64,000 bases of DNA from an uncultured Bacteroides sp. (GTDB lineage Bacteria; Bacteroidota; Bacteroidia; Bacteroidales; Bacteroidaceae): contig CASEKR010000002.1 of assembly GCA_949288585.1 (NCBI GenBank), positions 3,204 through 67,203 on the forward strand. The letters run 5' to 3'. The notes under the pieces were generated by a model. The model was not told the origin of the DNA and ran no database searches. It was given only the letters and a program-made list of their open reading frames with translations. The position numbers were made by a program, and so were the translations under genes. Below are positions 19,743 to 30,640 of this stretch, piece after piece (the first letter of the stretch is position 1; the number at the start of each line of letters is the position of its first letter).

Positions 19743-21689
19743 ATGACTAAGATAGATTCAAGAATACCGGAAGGACCGGTAGCAGAGAAATGGACCAACT
19801 ATAAGGCTCACCAGAAACTTGTGAACCCCGCCAACAAGCGCCGTCTGGACATCATCGTGGTAGGCACGGGCTTGGCAGGTGCCAGCGCAGCCGCTTCCCT
19901 CGGCGAAATGGGTTTCAAAGTATTCAACTTCTGCATCCAAGACTCCCCGCGCCGCGCACACTCCATCGCCGCACAGGGAGGTATCAACGCTGCGAAGAAC
20001 TACCAGAATGACGGCGACTCTGTTTACCGTCTCTTCTACGACACGGTGAAGGGCGGCGACTACCGCGCCCGCGAGGCAAATGTTTACCGCCTGGCCGAAG
20101 TCAGCAACAACATCATCGACCAGTGCGTGGCACAGGGTGTCCCCTTTGCACGTGAATATGGTGGCACCTTGGCCAACCGCTCATTCGGCGGCGCACAGGT
20201 ATCGCGCACGTTCTACGCGAAAGGCCAGACGGGCCAGCAACTGCTGCTGGGAGCTTATTCATCCCTGAGCCGCCAGGTGGCAGCCGGTAACGTGAAGCTG
20301 TTCACCCGCTATGAGATGCAGGATGTGGTCATCATCGACGGGCGCGCACGCGGCATCATCGCCAAGAACCTGGTGACGGGCAAGCTGGAGCGTTTCGCCG
20401 CACACGCAGTGGTCATCGCCACGGGCGGATACGGCAACACGTACTTCCTGTCTACGAACGCCATGGCTTGCAACTGCTCGGCTGCCATGGCCTGCTACCG
20501 CAAGGGAGCTTTGTTTGCTAATCCGGCTTACGTGCAGATTCACCCGACTTGTATCCCCGTGCACGGCGACAAGCAGTCGAAGCTGACGCTGATGTCCGAG
20601 TCCCTGCGCAACGACGGCCGCATCTGGGTTCCGAAGAAGCTGGAAGACGCGAAGAAACTGCAGGAAGGCACGCTGCAAGGCAAGGACATCCCCGAGGAAG
20701 ACCGCGACTACTACCTGGAACGCCGCTACCCGGCCTTCGGCAATCTGGTGCCGCGCGACGTGGCCAGCCGCGCCGCCAAGGAACGTTGCGACAAGGGCTA
20801 TGGCGTGAACAACACCGGCCTGGCCGTGTTCCTGGACTTCTCGGAGGCTATCAACCGCCTGGGCAAGGATGTGGTGGCACAACGCTACGGCAACCTGTTC
20901 GACATGTACGAAGAAATCACCGACGTGTCGCCCTATGAGAACCCCATGATGATTTATCCCGCCATCCACTACACGATGGGCGGCATCTGGGTGGACTACG
21001 AATTGATGACCACCATCAAGGGCCTGTTCGCCATCGGCGAATGTAACTTCTCCGACCACGGTGCCAACCGCCTGGGTGCATCGGCGCTGATGCAGGGCTT
21101 GGCCGACGGTTACTTCGTATTGCCTTACACCATCCAGAACTACCTGGCCGACCAGATCACGGTTCCCCGCTTCTCCACTGATTTGCCCGAATTTGCCGAG
21201 GCAGAGAAGGCTGTACAGGCCAAGATTGACCACTTGATGGGTATCAAGGGTAAGAAGTCCGTAGACTCCATCCATAAAGAACTGGGTCACGTGATGTGGG
21301 AATATGTCGGCATGGGCCGCACGGAAGCCGGCTTGAAGACCGCACTGGTCAAACTGAAGGAAATCCGCAAGGAGTTCGAGACGGAATTGTTCATCCCCGG
21401 CGAAAAGGAAGGCATGAACGTAGAGCTTGACAAGGCTATCCGCCTGAACGACTTCATCACGATGGGCGAACTCATCGCTTACGACGCACTGAACCGCAAC
21501 GAATCGTGCGGCGGACACTTCCGCGAAGAGTACCAGACGGAAGAAGGAGAAGCCAAACGTGATGACGAGAACTACTTCTACGTGGCTTGCTGGGAATACC
21601 AGGGCAGCGACGACAAAGCCCCGGTGATGTACAAAGAGCCGCTGGTTTATGAAGCAATCAAAGTTCAAACGCGTAACTATAAGTCATAA
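19743..21689 (+). CDS. sdhA: Succinate dehydrogenase/fumarate reductase flavoprotein subunit
   Basis: [24 protein letters not shown] and GANRLG. Confidence 0.97.
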   Translation: MTKIDSRIPEGPVAEKWTNYKAHQKLVNPANKRRLDIIVVGTGLAGASAAASLGEMGFKVFNFCIQDSPRRAHSIAAQGGINAAKNYQNDGDSVYRLFYDTVKGGDYRAREANVYRLAEVSNNIIDQCVAQGVPFAREYGGTLANRSFGGAQVSRTFYAKGQTGQQLLLGAYSSLSRQVAAGNVKLFTRYEMQDVVIIDGRARGIIAKNLVTGKLERFAAHAVVIATGGYGNTYFLSTNAMACNCSAAMACYRKGALFANPAYVQIHPTCIPVHGDKQSKLTLMSESLRNDGRIWVPKKLEDAKKLQEGTLQGKDIPEEDRDYYLERRYPAFGNLVPRDVASRAAKERCDKGYGVNNTGLAVFLDFSEAINRLGKDVVAQRYGNLFDMYEEITDVSPYENPMMIYPAIHYTMGGIWVDYELMTTIKGLFAIGECNFSDHGANRLGASALMQGLADGYFVLPYTIQNYLADQITVPRFSTDLPEFAEAEKAVQAKIDHLMGIKGKKSVDSIHKELGHVMWEYVGMGRTEAGLKTALVKLKEIRKEFETELFIPGEKEGMNVELDKAIRLNDFITMGELIAYDALNRNESCGGHFREEYQTEEGEAKRDDENYFYVACWEYQGSDDKAPVMYKEPLVYEAIKVQTRNYKS

Positions 21690-21726
21690 GTTTTTGAGTT
21701 TATAAGTTATTGAGTCTATAAGTTAT
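21687..21726. repeat. Octamer array, left arm
   Basis: TAAGTTTT TGAGTTTA TAAGTTAT TGAGTCTA TAAGTTAT, running from the sdhA stop to the next ATG. Confidence 0.85.
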
Positions 21727-22096
21727 GGGAACTTACAAGGATTTATTGGCATGGCAAAAAGGCATCAAACTTGCCAAAGCTGTCTATCAGCTTACTGCCA
21801 ATTATCCTTTGGAAGAACGCTTCGGACTAACAAACCAAATGCGAAGATGTTCTGTTTCCATCCCTTCCAACATAGCAGAAGGATTTGGAAGAAGTTCCAA
21901 TAAGGAATTAGTTCAATTCTTATATATATCCTTAGGTTCTTCAAATGAGTTGGACACGCAACTGACCATCTCTTACGAATTATCCTATATATCAGAAAAC
22001 CAATTTCTGGAGATAGGGAAATTAAACAACGAGGTTAGTAAAATGCTACTGTCCTTAATCTATCGAAGAAAGAATGGATTAGATTCAAATTCTTAA
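21725..22096 (+). CDS. Four-helix-bundle protein (23S rRNA IVP/Avd-like family)
   Basis: YKDLLAWQK, EERFGLTNQMRR.SVSIPSNIAEG and FLYISLGS.NELDTQL; AT-rich relative to the sdh genes. Confidence 0.92.
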   Translation: MGTYKDLLAWQKGIKLAKAVYQLTANYPLEERFGLTNQMRRCSVSIPSNIAEGFGRSSNKELVQFLYISLGSSNELDTQLTISYELSYISENQFLEIGKLNNEVSKMLLSLIYRRKNGLDSNS

Positions 22097-22128
22097 AATA
22101 ATAAATTAAACAAACTTGGTGAGTGAAA

Positions 22129-22176
22129 GAACTTAAAAACTCAAGAACTCATCAACTTAAAAACTAAAAAGCTATG
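22129..22176. repeat. Octamer array, right arm (reverse complement of the left arm)
   Basis: GAACTTAA AAACTCAA GAACTCAT CAACTTAA AAACTAAA AAGCTATG, ending in the sdhB ATG. Confidence 0.85.
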
Positions 22177-22929
22177 GACAAAAATATATCATTTACTTTG
22201 AAGGTATGGCGCCAGAAAGGTCCGAAAGCCCAGGGCGCATTTGAGACCTACGAAATGAAGGACATCCCGGGCGATACGTCGTTCCTGGAAATGATGGACA
22301 TCCTGAATGAGCAACTCATCAGTGAAGGCAAAGAGCCGGTCGTGTTTGACCATGACTGCCGCGAGGGCATCTGCGGCATGTGCTCGCTCTACATCAACGG
22401 CCACCCGCATGGCCCGGCACAGGGCGCAACGACGTGCCAAATCTACATGCGCCGCTTCAACGACGGCGACGTCATTACTGTGGAACCGTGGCGTTCAGCC
22501 GGATTCCCCGTCATCAAAGACCTGATGGTGGACCGCACGGCCTACGACAAAATCATGCAAGCCGGCGGCTACGTGAGCGTCAACGCTGGCGCTGCACAGG
22601 ACGCCAACGCCATCCTTATCCCGAAGACCATCGCCGACGAAGCTATGGACGCAGCCAGCTGTATTGGTTGCGGCGCCTGCGTGGCTGCCTGCAAGAACGG
22701 TTCGGCCATGCTGTTCGTATCGGCCAAGGTGAGCCAGTTGAACCTGCTGCCGCAAGGCAAGTCCGAGGCTCTGCGCCGTGCCAAAGCCATGTTGGCCAAG
22801 ATGGATGAGCTGGGCTTCGGCAACTGCACCAACACCCGCGCCTGCGAAGCTGAGTGCCCGAAGAATGTCTCCATCAGCAACATTGCCCGCCTGAACCGCG
22901 ACTTCATCCGCGCCAAGCTGAAAGATTAA
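22174..22929 (+). CDS. sdhB: Succinate dehydrogenase/fumarate reductase Fe-S subunit
   Basis: [21 protein letters not shown] and [12 protein letters not shown]. Confidence 0.97.
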   Translation: MDKNISFTLKVWRQKGPKAQGAFETYEMKDIPGDTSFLEMMDILNEQLISEGKEPVVFDHDCREGICGMCSLYINGHPHGPAQGATTCQIYMRRFNDGDVITVEPWRSAGFPVIKDLMVDRTAYDKIMQAGGYVSVNAGAAQDANAILIPKTIADEAMDAASCIGCGACVAACKNGSAMLFVSAKVSQLNLLPQGKSEALRRAKAMLAKMDELGFGNCTNTRACEAECPKNVSISNIARLNRDFIRAKLKD

Positions 22930-22965
22930 TCAGACTCCTTTCTACATTTGATTAATATCAACAAG

Positions 22966-23005
22966 AAGCCTCCTCACGCCCCTCGGGGCGGAGGGGGCTT
23001 TTTTT
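22966..23005 (+). terminator. Intrinsic terminator of the sdh operon
   Basis: AAGCCTCCTC..GAGGGGGCTT hairpin followed by a T-run. Confidence 0.8.
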
Positions 23006-23197
23006 GATGCCTGCGGCCTTAGCAAGAAGAGAGAAAGAGCAAGAAGAGGGGATAAAATGAAAACTGTAACTAAAAAGCAGGATAAAAATGCAATCAGAAA
23101 GAAGATAACACGTAGTAGTATTAAATAGATTTAATTTCTACATCAAAAACAGTTTGAAAGCTTGCGGTAATGCAGAGAAAGCACTACCTTCGCGCCG

Positions 23198-23263
23198 TGA
23201 TTTTTTTCATAGTATTAGATTTAAGGTTAACAAAAAGGTTGGGCTCGGCGGAGCCCTTTTTTT
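23198..23263 (+). ncRNA. Candidate ~65-nt small RNA
   Basis: TTG-N20-TACCTTCG promoter (23162-23192), an AU-rich body and a GGGCTC-GGCG-GAGCCC-T7 terminator; no credible ORF. Confidence 0.55.
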
Positions 23264-23303
23264 ATGCCCGCCTGTCTCCGGCCACTACGGGCCAATTCCA
23301 TTT

Positions 23304-24290
23304 TCAGCCTATCCCCAGCAACGGTTCAATCTGCTTGAAAATATCGTAAAGCTCAGCCTGCGTCTCGGCCCGGAGCATGGCGATGCGCGTCTCGCGGAAA
23401 TTGGGAATGCCTTTGAAGAGGGGGCTGGCGGCCAGGTGGCGGCGGACATGCAGGATGCCGCGACGCTCGTCCAGCAGGCGCACGCTGTCATCGACCTCGC
23501 GGCGAAGGACATCGAGTTTCCAAGCGGGTGTCAATCCCTCCAGTTCCTCGCCCGTCTGCAAGAAATGCTTGATTTCCTTGAAAATCCAAGGACGGCCGAA
23601 GCTGGCGCGCCCCACCATGATGCCGTCCACGCCGTAGCGTTCGAAGCATTCCTTCGCACGTTGGGGGGTGGTGACATCCCCGTTGCCGATGATTGGGATA
23701 CGCATCCGGGGATTGGCCTTCACTTCGCCGATGAGCGTCCAGTCAGCCTCGCCCGTGTACATCTGTGCGCGGGTACGCCCGTGGATGGTGAGGGCAGCGA
23801 TGCCACAGTCCTGCAACTGTTCGGCCAGGGTGACAATGACCTTGCTCTCCGCATCCCATCCCAAGCGCGTTTTTACGGTGACGGGCAAGCGAACGGCATC
23901 GACCACGGCGCGGGTGATGTCCAGCATCAGCGGGATGTTGCGCAACATCCCGGCACCGGCTCCCTTGCCCGCTACGCGCTTCACCGGGCAACCGAAGTTC
24001 AAGTCGATGACGTCGGGCCGCGCCTGCTCGACAATCTTCGCGGCCTGTACCATTGTATTCACGTCGCATCCGTAGATTTGTATGGCCACGGGGCGTTCGG
24101 CGTCGCTGATGTTCAGTTTCTGCTCCGTCTTGCTGACAGAACGTATCAAGGCATCGGCAGACACAAACTCAGTGTACACCATGTCGGCTCCGAACTCCTT
24201 GCACATCAGTCGGAAAGCCGGGTCGGTAACGTCTTCCATCGGGGCCAGCAGCACAGGGCGCTCGCCCAGGTCAATAGAGGCAATCTTCAT
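23304..24290 (-). CDS. dusB: tRNA-dihydrouridine synthase
   Basis: LAPMEDVTD, DLNFGCP, VKTRLGW, HGRTR and GNGD. Confidence 0.92.
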   Translation of the reverse strand: MKIASIDLGERPVLLAPMEDVTDPAFRLMCKEFGADMVYTEFVSADALIRSVSKTEQKLNISDAERPVAIQIYGCDVNTMVQAAKIVEQARPDVIDLNFGCPVKRVAGKGAGAGMLRNIPLMLDITRAVVDAVRLPVTVKTRLGWDAESKVIVTLAEQLQDCGIAALTIHGRTRAQMYTGEADWTLIGEVKANPRMRIPIIGNGDVTTPQRAKECFERYGVDGIMVGRASFGRPWIFKEIKHFLQTGEELEGLTPAWKLDVLRREVDDSVRLLDERRGILHVRRHLAASPLFKGIPNFRETRIAMLRAETQAELYDIFKQIEPLLGIG

Positions 24291-24396
24291 AAATTCATTG
24301 TTTAGGCAGCAAAGGTACGGAAAATCCACGCCTGCCGTATGACAAATAGAGGGAAAAGAAGTATCTTTGCCCATCCAATCATTAAAACCAACAGAT

Positions 24397-24870
24397 ATGA
24401 AAAAGCAAATCATGGGGGCATTCATCCTGGCCGCCGCCCTGTTCATCCACACACCGAACGCCATCGCGCAAGAGGCTAACAGCGAATACAAACAAGCGTT
24501 GCAAGAGATGCTGAACGCTGCGGGGTCGGAAGCAATTAGCAACCAGCTAATCCCGCAAATAATCGAAATAGCCAAGACAGGCTCCACAAACACGCCAGAC
24601 AGCTATTGGGAAGCAGTGAAAAAGAAAATGCAAGACAAGTTCCTCGGAAAGATAATAGACGGCTATGTGCCCATCTACCAGAAGTATCTGACGATAGACG
24701 ACTTAAAACAACTCACCGCTTTCTACCAAAGTCCCCTTGGAAAGAAATTTGCCCAAGCCTCCCCCGCCATCATGATGGAAGGAACAAAGCTGGCTCAACA
24801 GTTAAGCATGGAAATGTTTAAAGAAATAGAGGAAGAGACCAAAAACTACCAATCTTCGCAACAAGAATGA
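24397..24870 (+). CDS. DUF2059-domain exported protein
   Basis: Signal peptide and Y.KYLT.DDLKQL.AFYQSPLGKKF motif. Confidence 0.8.
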   Translation: MKKQIMGAFILAAALFIHTPNAIAQEANSEYKQALQEMLNAAGSEAISNQLIPQIIEIAKTGSTNTPDSYWEAVKKKMQDKFLGKIIDGYVPIYQKYLTIDDLKQLTAFYQSPLGKKFAQASPAIMMEGTKLAQQLSMEMFKEIEEETKNYQSSQQE

Positions 24871-26132
24871 CAGAAAAAGACTTCGAAATAATGGCCCCCG
24901 TCGGCTCGCGGGACTCCCTGGCCGCCGCCATACAGGCGGGTGCCGACTCCATTTACTTCGGCATCGAGAACCTGAACATGCGAGCCCGCTCGGCCAGCAC
25001 GTTCACCATTGACGACCTGCGCGAGATAGCCCGCACCTGCGAAGAGCACGGCATGAAGAGCTACCTGACTGTCAACACCATTATCTATGACCAGGACATC
25101 GCCCTGATGCGCACCATCGTCGACGCTGCCAAGGAGGCCGGCATCTCCGCCATCATCGCCGCCGACGTGGCCGTGATGACCTACGCCCGCAGCATCGGAC
25201 AAGAAGTGCACCTCAGCACCCAACTGAACATCTCGAACACGGAGGCCCTGCGTTTCTACGCCGCCTTCGCCGACGTTGTCGTGCTGGCTCGCGAACTGAA
25301 TTTAGAGCAGGTGGCGCAGATTCACCGCGCTATCGTGGAGGAACACATCTGCGGCCCGTCCGGGCAACCCGTGCGCATTGAGATGTTCTGCCACGGCGCC
25401 CTGTGCATGGCCGTCAGCGGCAAGTGCTACCTCTCGCTCCACCAGATGAACCACTCCGCCAACCGGGGAGCCTGTATGCAGGTCTGCCGCCGTTCGTACA
25501 TTGTGCGCGACAAGGAGACGGACGCCGAACTGGAGATTGACAACCAGTACATCATGTCGCCCAAAGACCTGAAGACCATCCACTTTCTCAACAAGATGAT
25601 GGACGCCGGCGTGCGCGTCTTCAAGATAGAAGGCCGGGCGCGCGGGCCGGAGTACGTGCGCACCGTGGTAGAGTGCTACAAAGAGGCCATCCGCGCCTAC
25701 GTGGACGGCAGCTTCACCGACGAGAAGATTGAGGATTGGAACCGCCGGCTGGCCACCGTCTTCAACCGGGGATTCTGGGACGGCTACTACTTGGGCCAAC
25801 GCCTGGGCGAATGGACACGAAATTATGGCTCGGCGGCCACCGAACGCAAGATTTACGTGGGACGGGGCGTGAAATACTTCTCCAACCTCGGCGTGGCAGA
25901 GTTCTTGGTGGAAGCCGCCGAACTGAACCAAGGCGACAAGCTGCTCGTCACCGGCCCGACCACGGGGGCGCTCTTCCTCACCGCCGACGAAATGCGCGTA
26001 GACTTGAAGCCCGTCCCCACCGTCCACAAAGGGGAGCACTTCTCCATCAAATGCGAGAAGATACGCCCCAGCGACAAGCTCTACAAGCTGGTCTCGACGG
26101 AGGAACTGAAACGCTTCAAGGGACTTGTTTAA
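24867..26132 (+). CDS. Peptidase U32 family protein (probably RNA hydroxylation-type)
   Basis: EIMAPVGS, HLSTQ, HGALCMAVSGKC, NRGACMQVCR and KIEGR. Confidence 0.9.
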   Translation: MTEKDFEIMAPVGSRDSLAAAIQAGADSIYFGIENLNMRARSASTFTIDDLREIARTCEEHGMKSYLTVNTIIYDQDIALMRTIVDAAKEAGISAIIAADVAVMTYARSIGQEVHLSTQLNISNTEALRFYAAFADVVVLARELNLEQVAQIHRAIVEEHICGPSGQPVRIEMFCHGALCMAVSGKCYLSLHQMNHSANRGACMQVCRRSYIVRDKETDAELEIDNQYIMSPKDLKTIHFLNKMMDAGVRVFKIEGRARGPEYVRTVVECYKEAIRAYVDGSFTDEKIEDWNRRLATVFNRGFWDGYYLGQRLGEWTRNYGSAATERKIYVGRGVKYFSNLGVAEFLVEAAELNQGDKLLVTGPTTGALFLTADEMRVDLKPVPTVHKGEHFSIKCEKIRPSDKLYKLVSTEELKRFKGLV

Positions 26133-26265
26133 TAAAGAATGAAGAATGTAGGATGAAAAATCCGGGTATCGGTGACGTCTGTTTATCCCTAAGACTTTCA
26201 TTCTTAATTCTTCGCCCTTCATTCTTCATTCTTAATTTCTAATTCTTCATTCTTAATTCTTCATG
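26131..26265. repeat. Inverted heptamer arrays
   Basis: Four AATGAAG-like units, a spacer, then ten CTTCATT/CTTAATT units ending 5 nt before the ATG at 26271. Confidence 0.85.
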
Positions 26266-26270
26266 TAACG

Positions 26271-26678
26271 ATGGACTACATACACGAACTGCGCCTGAAA
26301 GTGCGCGACTACGAATGCGACCTGCAAGGCATTGTCAACAACGCCAACTACCAACACTATCTGGAGCACGCCCGCCACGAGTTCCTGCTCAGCACGGGAG
26401 CCGGCTTCGCCGAACTGCACCGCCAGGGCATTGACCCGGTGGTAGCACGCATCACCCTCTCCTTCAAGACTCCGCTGCGCAGCGGAGATGAATTCATCTG
26501 CAAACTCGCCCTGCGCAAGGAGGGCATCAAGTACGTTTTCTACCAGGACATCTACCGCGCATCGGACAACAAGCTGGTGCTGAAAGGCGTGGTGGAAGCC
26601 GTATGCGTGGTGAACGGACGCCTGAGCCAGAGCGGACTGTTCGACCAGTTATTTGCCCCTTACCTGACAGAAGCATAA
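26271..26678 (+). CDS. Acyl-CoA thioesterase (4HBT/YbgC-like)
   Basis: VRDYECDLQGIVNNANY..YLEHAR. Confidence 0.9.
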   Translation: MDYIHELRLKVRDYECDLQGIVNNANYQHYLEHARHEFLLSTGAGFAELHRQGIDPVVARITLSFKTPLRSGDEFICKLALRKEGIKYVFYQDIYRASDNKLVLKGVVEAVCVVNGRLSQSGLFDQLFAPYLTEA

Positions 26679-26697
26679 CCTTTCACATTCCCCCACC

Positions 26698-27810
26698 ATG
26701 GATTACACCGACGAACGACTTTGCAGCATCGCGCTCACCTTGTGCGAAGGCATAGGCACGCTGACGGCCCAACGGCTGGTAAAGACGGCCGGCAGCGCGG
26801 CCCAGGTCTTTGCCCGCCGCCATGAACTGGCGCAACTCAATCCCGACATACAGCCCGGCGCGTTGAAAGCCCTTGACACGCCAGGCATCTTCGCCCGCGC
26901 CGAACAAGAACTGGACTTTGCCGACAAACATGGCATTGCCTGCCTCACCCCGAAAGATGAGGGTTACCCCGTGCGGCTCTGCCAATGCGACGACGCGCCG
27001 CTCTATCTTTTTTACAAGGGAAAAGCCAACCTCAACAGTCTGCGGGTGGTCAGCCTGGTGGGAACACGCCGCGCCACAGAATACGGCAAACAATTCTGCA
27101 ACGACTTTGTGCGGGACCTGTCCGCCCTCTGCCCCGACTTGCTGGTGGTCAGCGGGCTGGCCTATGGCATCGACATCGCCGCCCACCGCGCCGCCTTGGC
27201 GCAACAGGTGCCCACCGTGGCCGTGTTGGCGCACGGGCTGGACCGCATCTACCCGTCCACCCACCGGAAGACGGCTGCCGACATGCTGGCACAGGGCGGA
27301 CTGCTGACGGAGTTCCTGACAGGGACAGAGCCGGAACGCTACAACTTCGTCAGCCGCAACCGCATCGTAGCAGGCATGGCCGATGCCGTCATCGTGGTGG
27401 AATCAGGCGAGAAAGGCGGCTCGCTCATCACCGCAGAACTGGCCAACGGCTACAACCGGGAATGCTTCGCAATGCCGGGACGGGTGTATGACGAGGTATC
27501 GAAAGGATGCAACAACCTTATCCGGGACAATAAAGCGGCCTTGATACAGGGTGCCGAGGATTTCGTGGCCACCATGGGCTGGGGCATCGCAAAGAGCAAG
27601 CCTGCCTCCATACAACGCGCCCTGTTCCAGGAACTGACGGAAGAAGAAAGCCTCATCGTGCAGTTGCTGAGACAGGGCGACCTGCCAATCAATGCCTTGA
27701 CGGTAGAGAGCAACATCCCCGTCAGCCGGCTGAGCGGCATATTGTTTGAGATGGAAATGAAAGGCATCGTAAAAGCCCAGGCTGGCAACATGTACCACCT
27801 CCTGGGCTAA
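26698..27810 (+). CDS. dprA: DNA-processing protein DprA
   Basis: VGTRRAT.YG, VSGLAYGID, RNRIVAG, GGSLITA and a C-terminal winged helix. Confidence 0.95.
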   Translation: MDYTDERLCSIALTLCEGIGTLTAQRLVKTAGSAAQVFARRHELAQLNPDIQPGALKALDTPGIFARAEQELDFADKHGIACLTPKDEGYPVRLCQCDDAPLYLFYKGKANLNSLRVVSLVGTRRATEYGKQFCNDFVRDLSALCPDLLVVSGLAYGIDIAAHRAALAQQVPTVAVLAHGLDRIYPSTHRKTAADMLAQGGLLTEFLTGTEPERYNFVSRNRIVAGMADAVIVVESGEKGGSLITAELANGYNRECFAMPGRVYDEVSKGCNNLIRDNKAALIQGAEDFVATMGWGIAKSKPASIQRALFQELTEEESLIVQLLRQGDLPINALTVESNIPVSRLSGILFEMEMKGIVKAQAGNMYHLLG

Positions 27811-27833
27811 ACGCTCCTCACCGTAATGAGGCA

Positions 27834-29147
27834 TCAATCGTCGTAACGTTCGCTCAATATCGTGCCGTCGTCGGCCACGCAGAGTTCCCATTCGCGGCGG
27901 TCTTTCACGGCCTCCACTTCGTACCAATTGCGGTCGGGCGTTTCCACGCGCTCGTACTCATGGTCGCTGATGCGGTAGCCTGCGGCTTCCACGGCCTGGC
28001 GCACGGTATCGGGCAGCGTGCGTGTCTCCCACTCGGTGCGCACCCACTCATTGCGGCCGTTGAACTTGACGTCCTTCTCCAGGCCGTCGTGGCGGATTTC
28101 CACTTCCAGGTAGCCGTCGTCATAATCCCGCTCCAGAATGACAGCGCCGGGATAACGCTGCTCGATGAAGGTTTCGACCTCCGTGCCCACCGGAACGCCC
28201 CCGCCTTGGGTGCCTCCACCCAGTTCGGGACGTTCTTCCACGCCGTCCGCGCGGACATAGAGGTCACGGTCGTTGCCAAAGCGCGTCTCCAGTTCGAAGC
28301 AGAAGTAGGTAGTCTCCACGCCATCGGCATTCACCACGTACATCTCCACGTCGTCCACCCAAGCGCCCTGCTGCATGAGTTCGGACGCCTCGACGGTAGC
28401 CCTCACCACGTCGGGAATCTCCGTGCCCTGGTAGTGCAGGTCGGTTTTGTAGTACAGCCACTGCCCGCCGCTGCCGTCGAAGAAGGCTTCGTACTTGCGC
28501 CTTTCGTAGATAAATTCCACTTCCAGCCCGCCATCCTCGGCCTCCACGTCAATCAGGCGATATCCCGGGAAACGCTGGTCCAGCCAAGCCTGCACGCTGC
28601 CGTCGGGCGACTGGGGCAGGTATTGCCCATAGTCCTTGTCGGGCGCGGCGTCCAGAATTTCCTGCACCAGGATGCCGTCGGCCGTATAGTAAAGGTCCAC
28701 TTCGCTCTCGCCGCGTTCGGCTTCGATGACGTAGAGGGTTTCGCTGCCGTCGCGGCGTTCCAGCACGTCCACTTCGTCGTCCGCCCGCCATCCGGAGCCG
28801 TCCTGCCCGTATTCCGTCTCCGCAAAGGCGGCAGCCACGGGCGCAGGCAACTGGCTGAAAGGTATTTCATACTTCACCATGTCGCGGTGTCCGCCCTGGC
28901 CATACCAGGCGGTGTTGCTGGCCGAACGGGTGGTAGAGAAGTCGGCGGCGTAGTAGTCCCCCTCGCGTTCCCACTCCACGTTCTGCGCGTCGGGATAATC
29001 GTTTTGGAACTGTGCCAGGATAGCTTCGGGCACTTCCACGTGGCCCGGAGGATAACCGTCGGTGTGCTTGTCGTCGTCCGAGCAAGCGGTCAGCGTGCCC
29101 AGCAGGGCAGCCGACAGGATGATGCATACAGATAACAGTTTCTTCAT
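27834..29147 (-). CDS. PepSY-like repeat lipoprotein
   Basis: LTAC lipobox and repeated P..V...F...YP.A...EW/YEVE units. Confidence 0.8.
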   Translation of the reverse strand: MKKLLSVCIILSAALLGTLTACSDDDKHTDGYPPGHVEVPEAILAQFQNDYPDAQNVEWEREGDYYAADFSTTRSASNTAWYGQGGHRDMVKYEIPFSQLPAPVAAAFAETEYGQDGSGWRADDEVDVLERRDGSETLYVIEAERGESEVDLYYTADGILVQEILDAAPDKDYGQYLPQSPDGSVQAWLDQRFPGYRLIDVEAEDGGLEVEFIYERRKYEAFFDGSGGQWLYYKTDLHYQGTEIPDVVRATVEASELMQQGAWVDDVEMYVVNADGVETTYFCFELETRFGNDRDLYVRADGVEERPELGGGTQGGGVPVGTEVETFIEQRYPGAVILERDYDDGYLEVEIRHDGLEKDVKFNGRNEWVRTEWETRTLPDTVRQAVEAAGYRISDHEYERVETPDRNWYEVEAVKDRREWELCVADDGTILSERYDD

Positions 29148-29194
29148 AACTTCATGTTTTTAAAAAGTAAATACAAATCGAATGTTTTCTGCTG

Positions 29195-29241
29195 CAAAGA
29201 AAGAGCCTGAATCTGGAAAGAAACTGGAAAGCGCCAGGAAA
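29195..29241 (-). promoter_or_regulatory. Three TTCC(A/T)G boxes at 11-bp spacing upstream of a weak -7 element
   Basis: CTGGAA at 29213 and 29224, CAGGAA at 29235; TTTCTTTG on the minus strand at 29195-29202. Confidence 0.55.
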
Positions 29242-29281
29242 AGACCCCCACCCTGCCGGAAAAGACAAGACGCGTTCCGGC

Positions 29282-30628
<1,347 letters not shown>

Positions 30629-30640
30629 TTATTTCCTCCC

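Noticed and set aside
20259-21668. Long antisense ORFs (also 27960-29135, 29297-30562, 32189-35071, 36504-38000, 53078-54190 and 62275-63396)
   Set aside because: They are shadows of well-supported genes caused by GC-rich codon bias and have no recognisable motifs.
21725-22096. Diversity-generating retroelement suggested by the Avd-like gene
   Set aside because: No reverse transcriptase and no TR/VR pair with adenine-specific mismatches in the window.
23154-24305. 383-aa + strand ORF
   Set aside because: It is antisense to dusB, starts with TTG and crosses a terminator hairpin.
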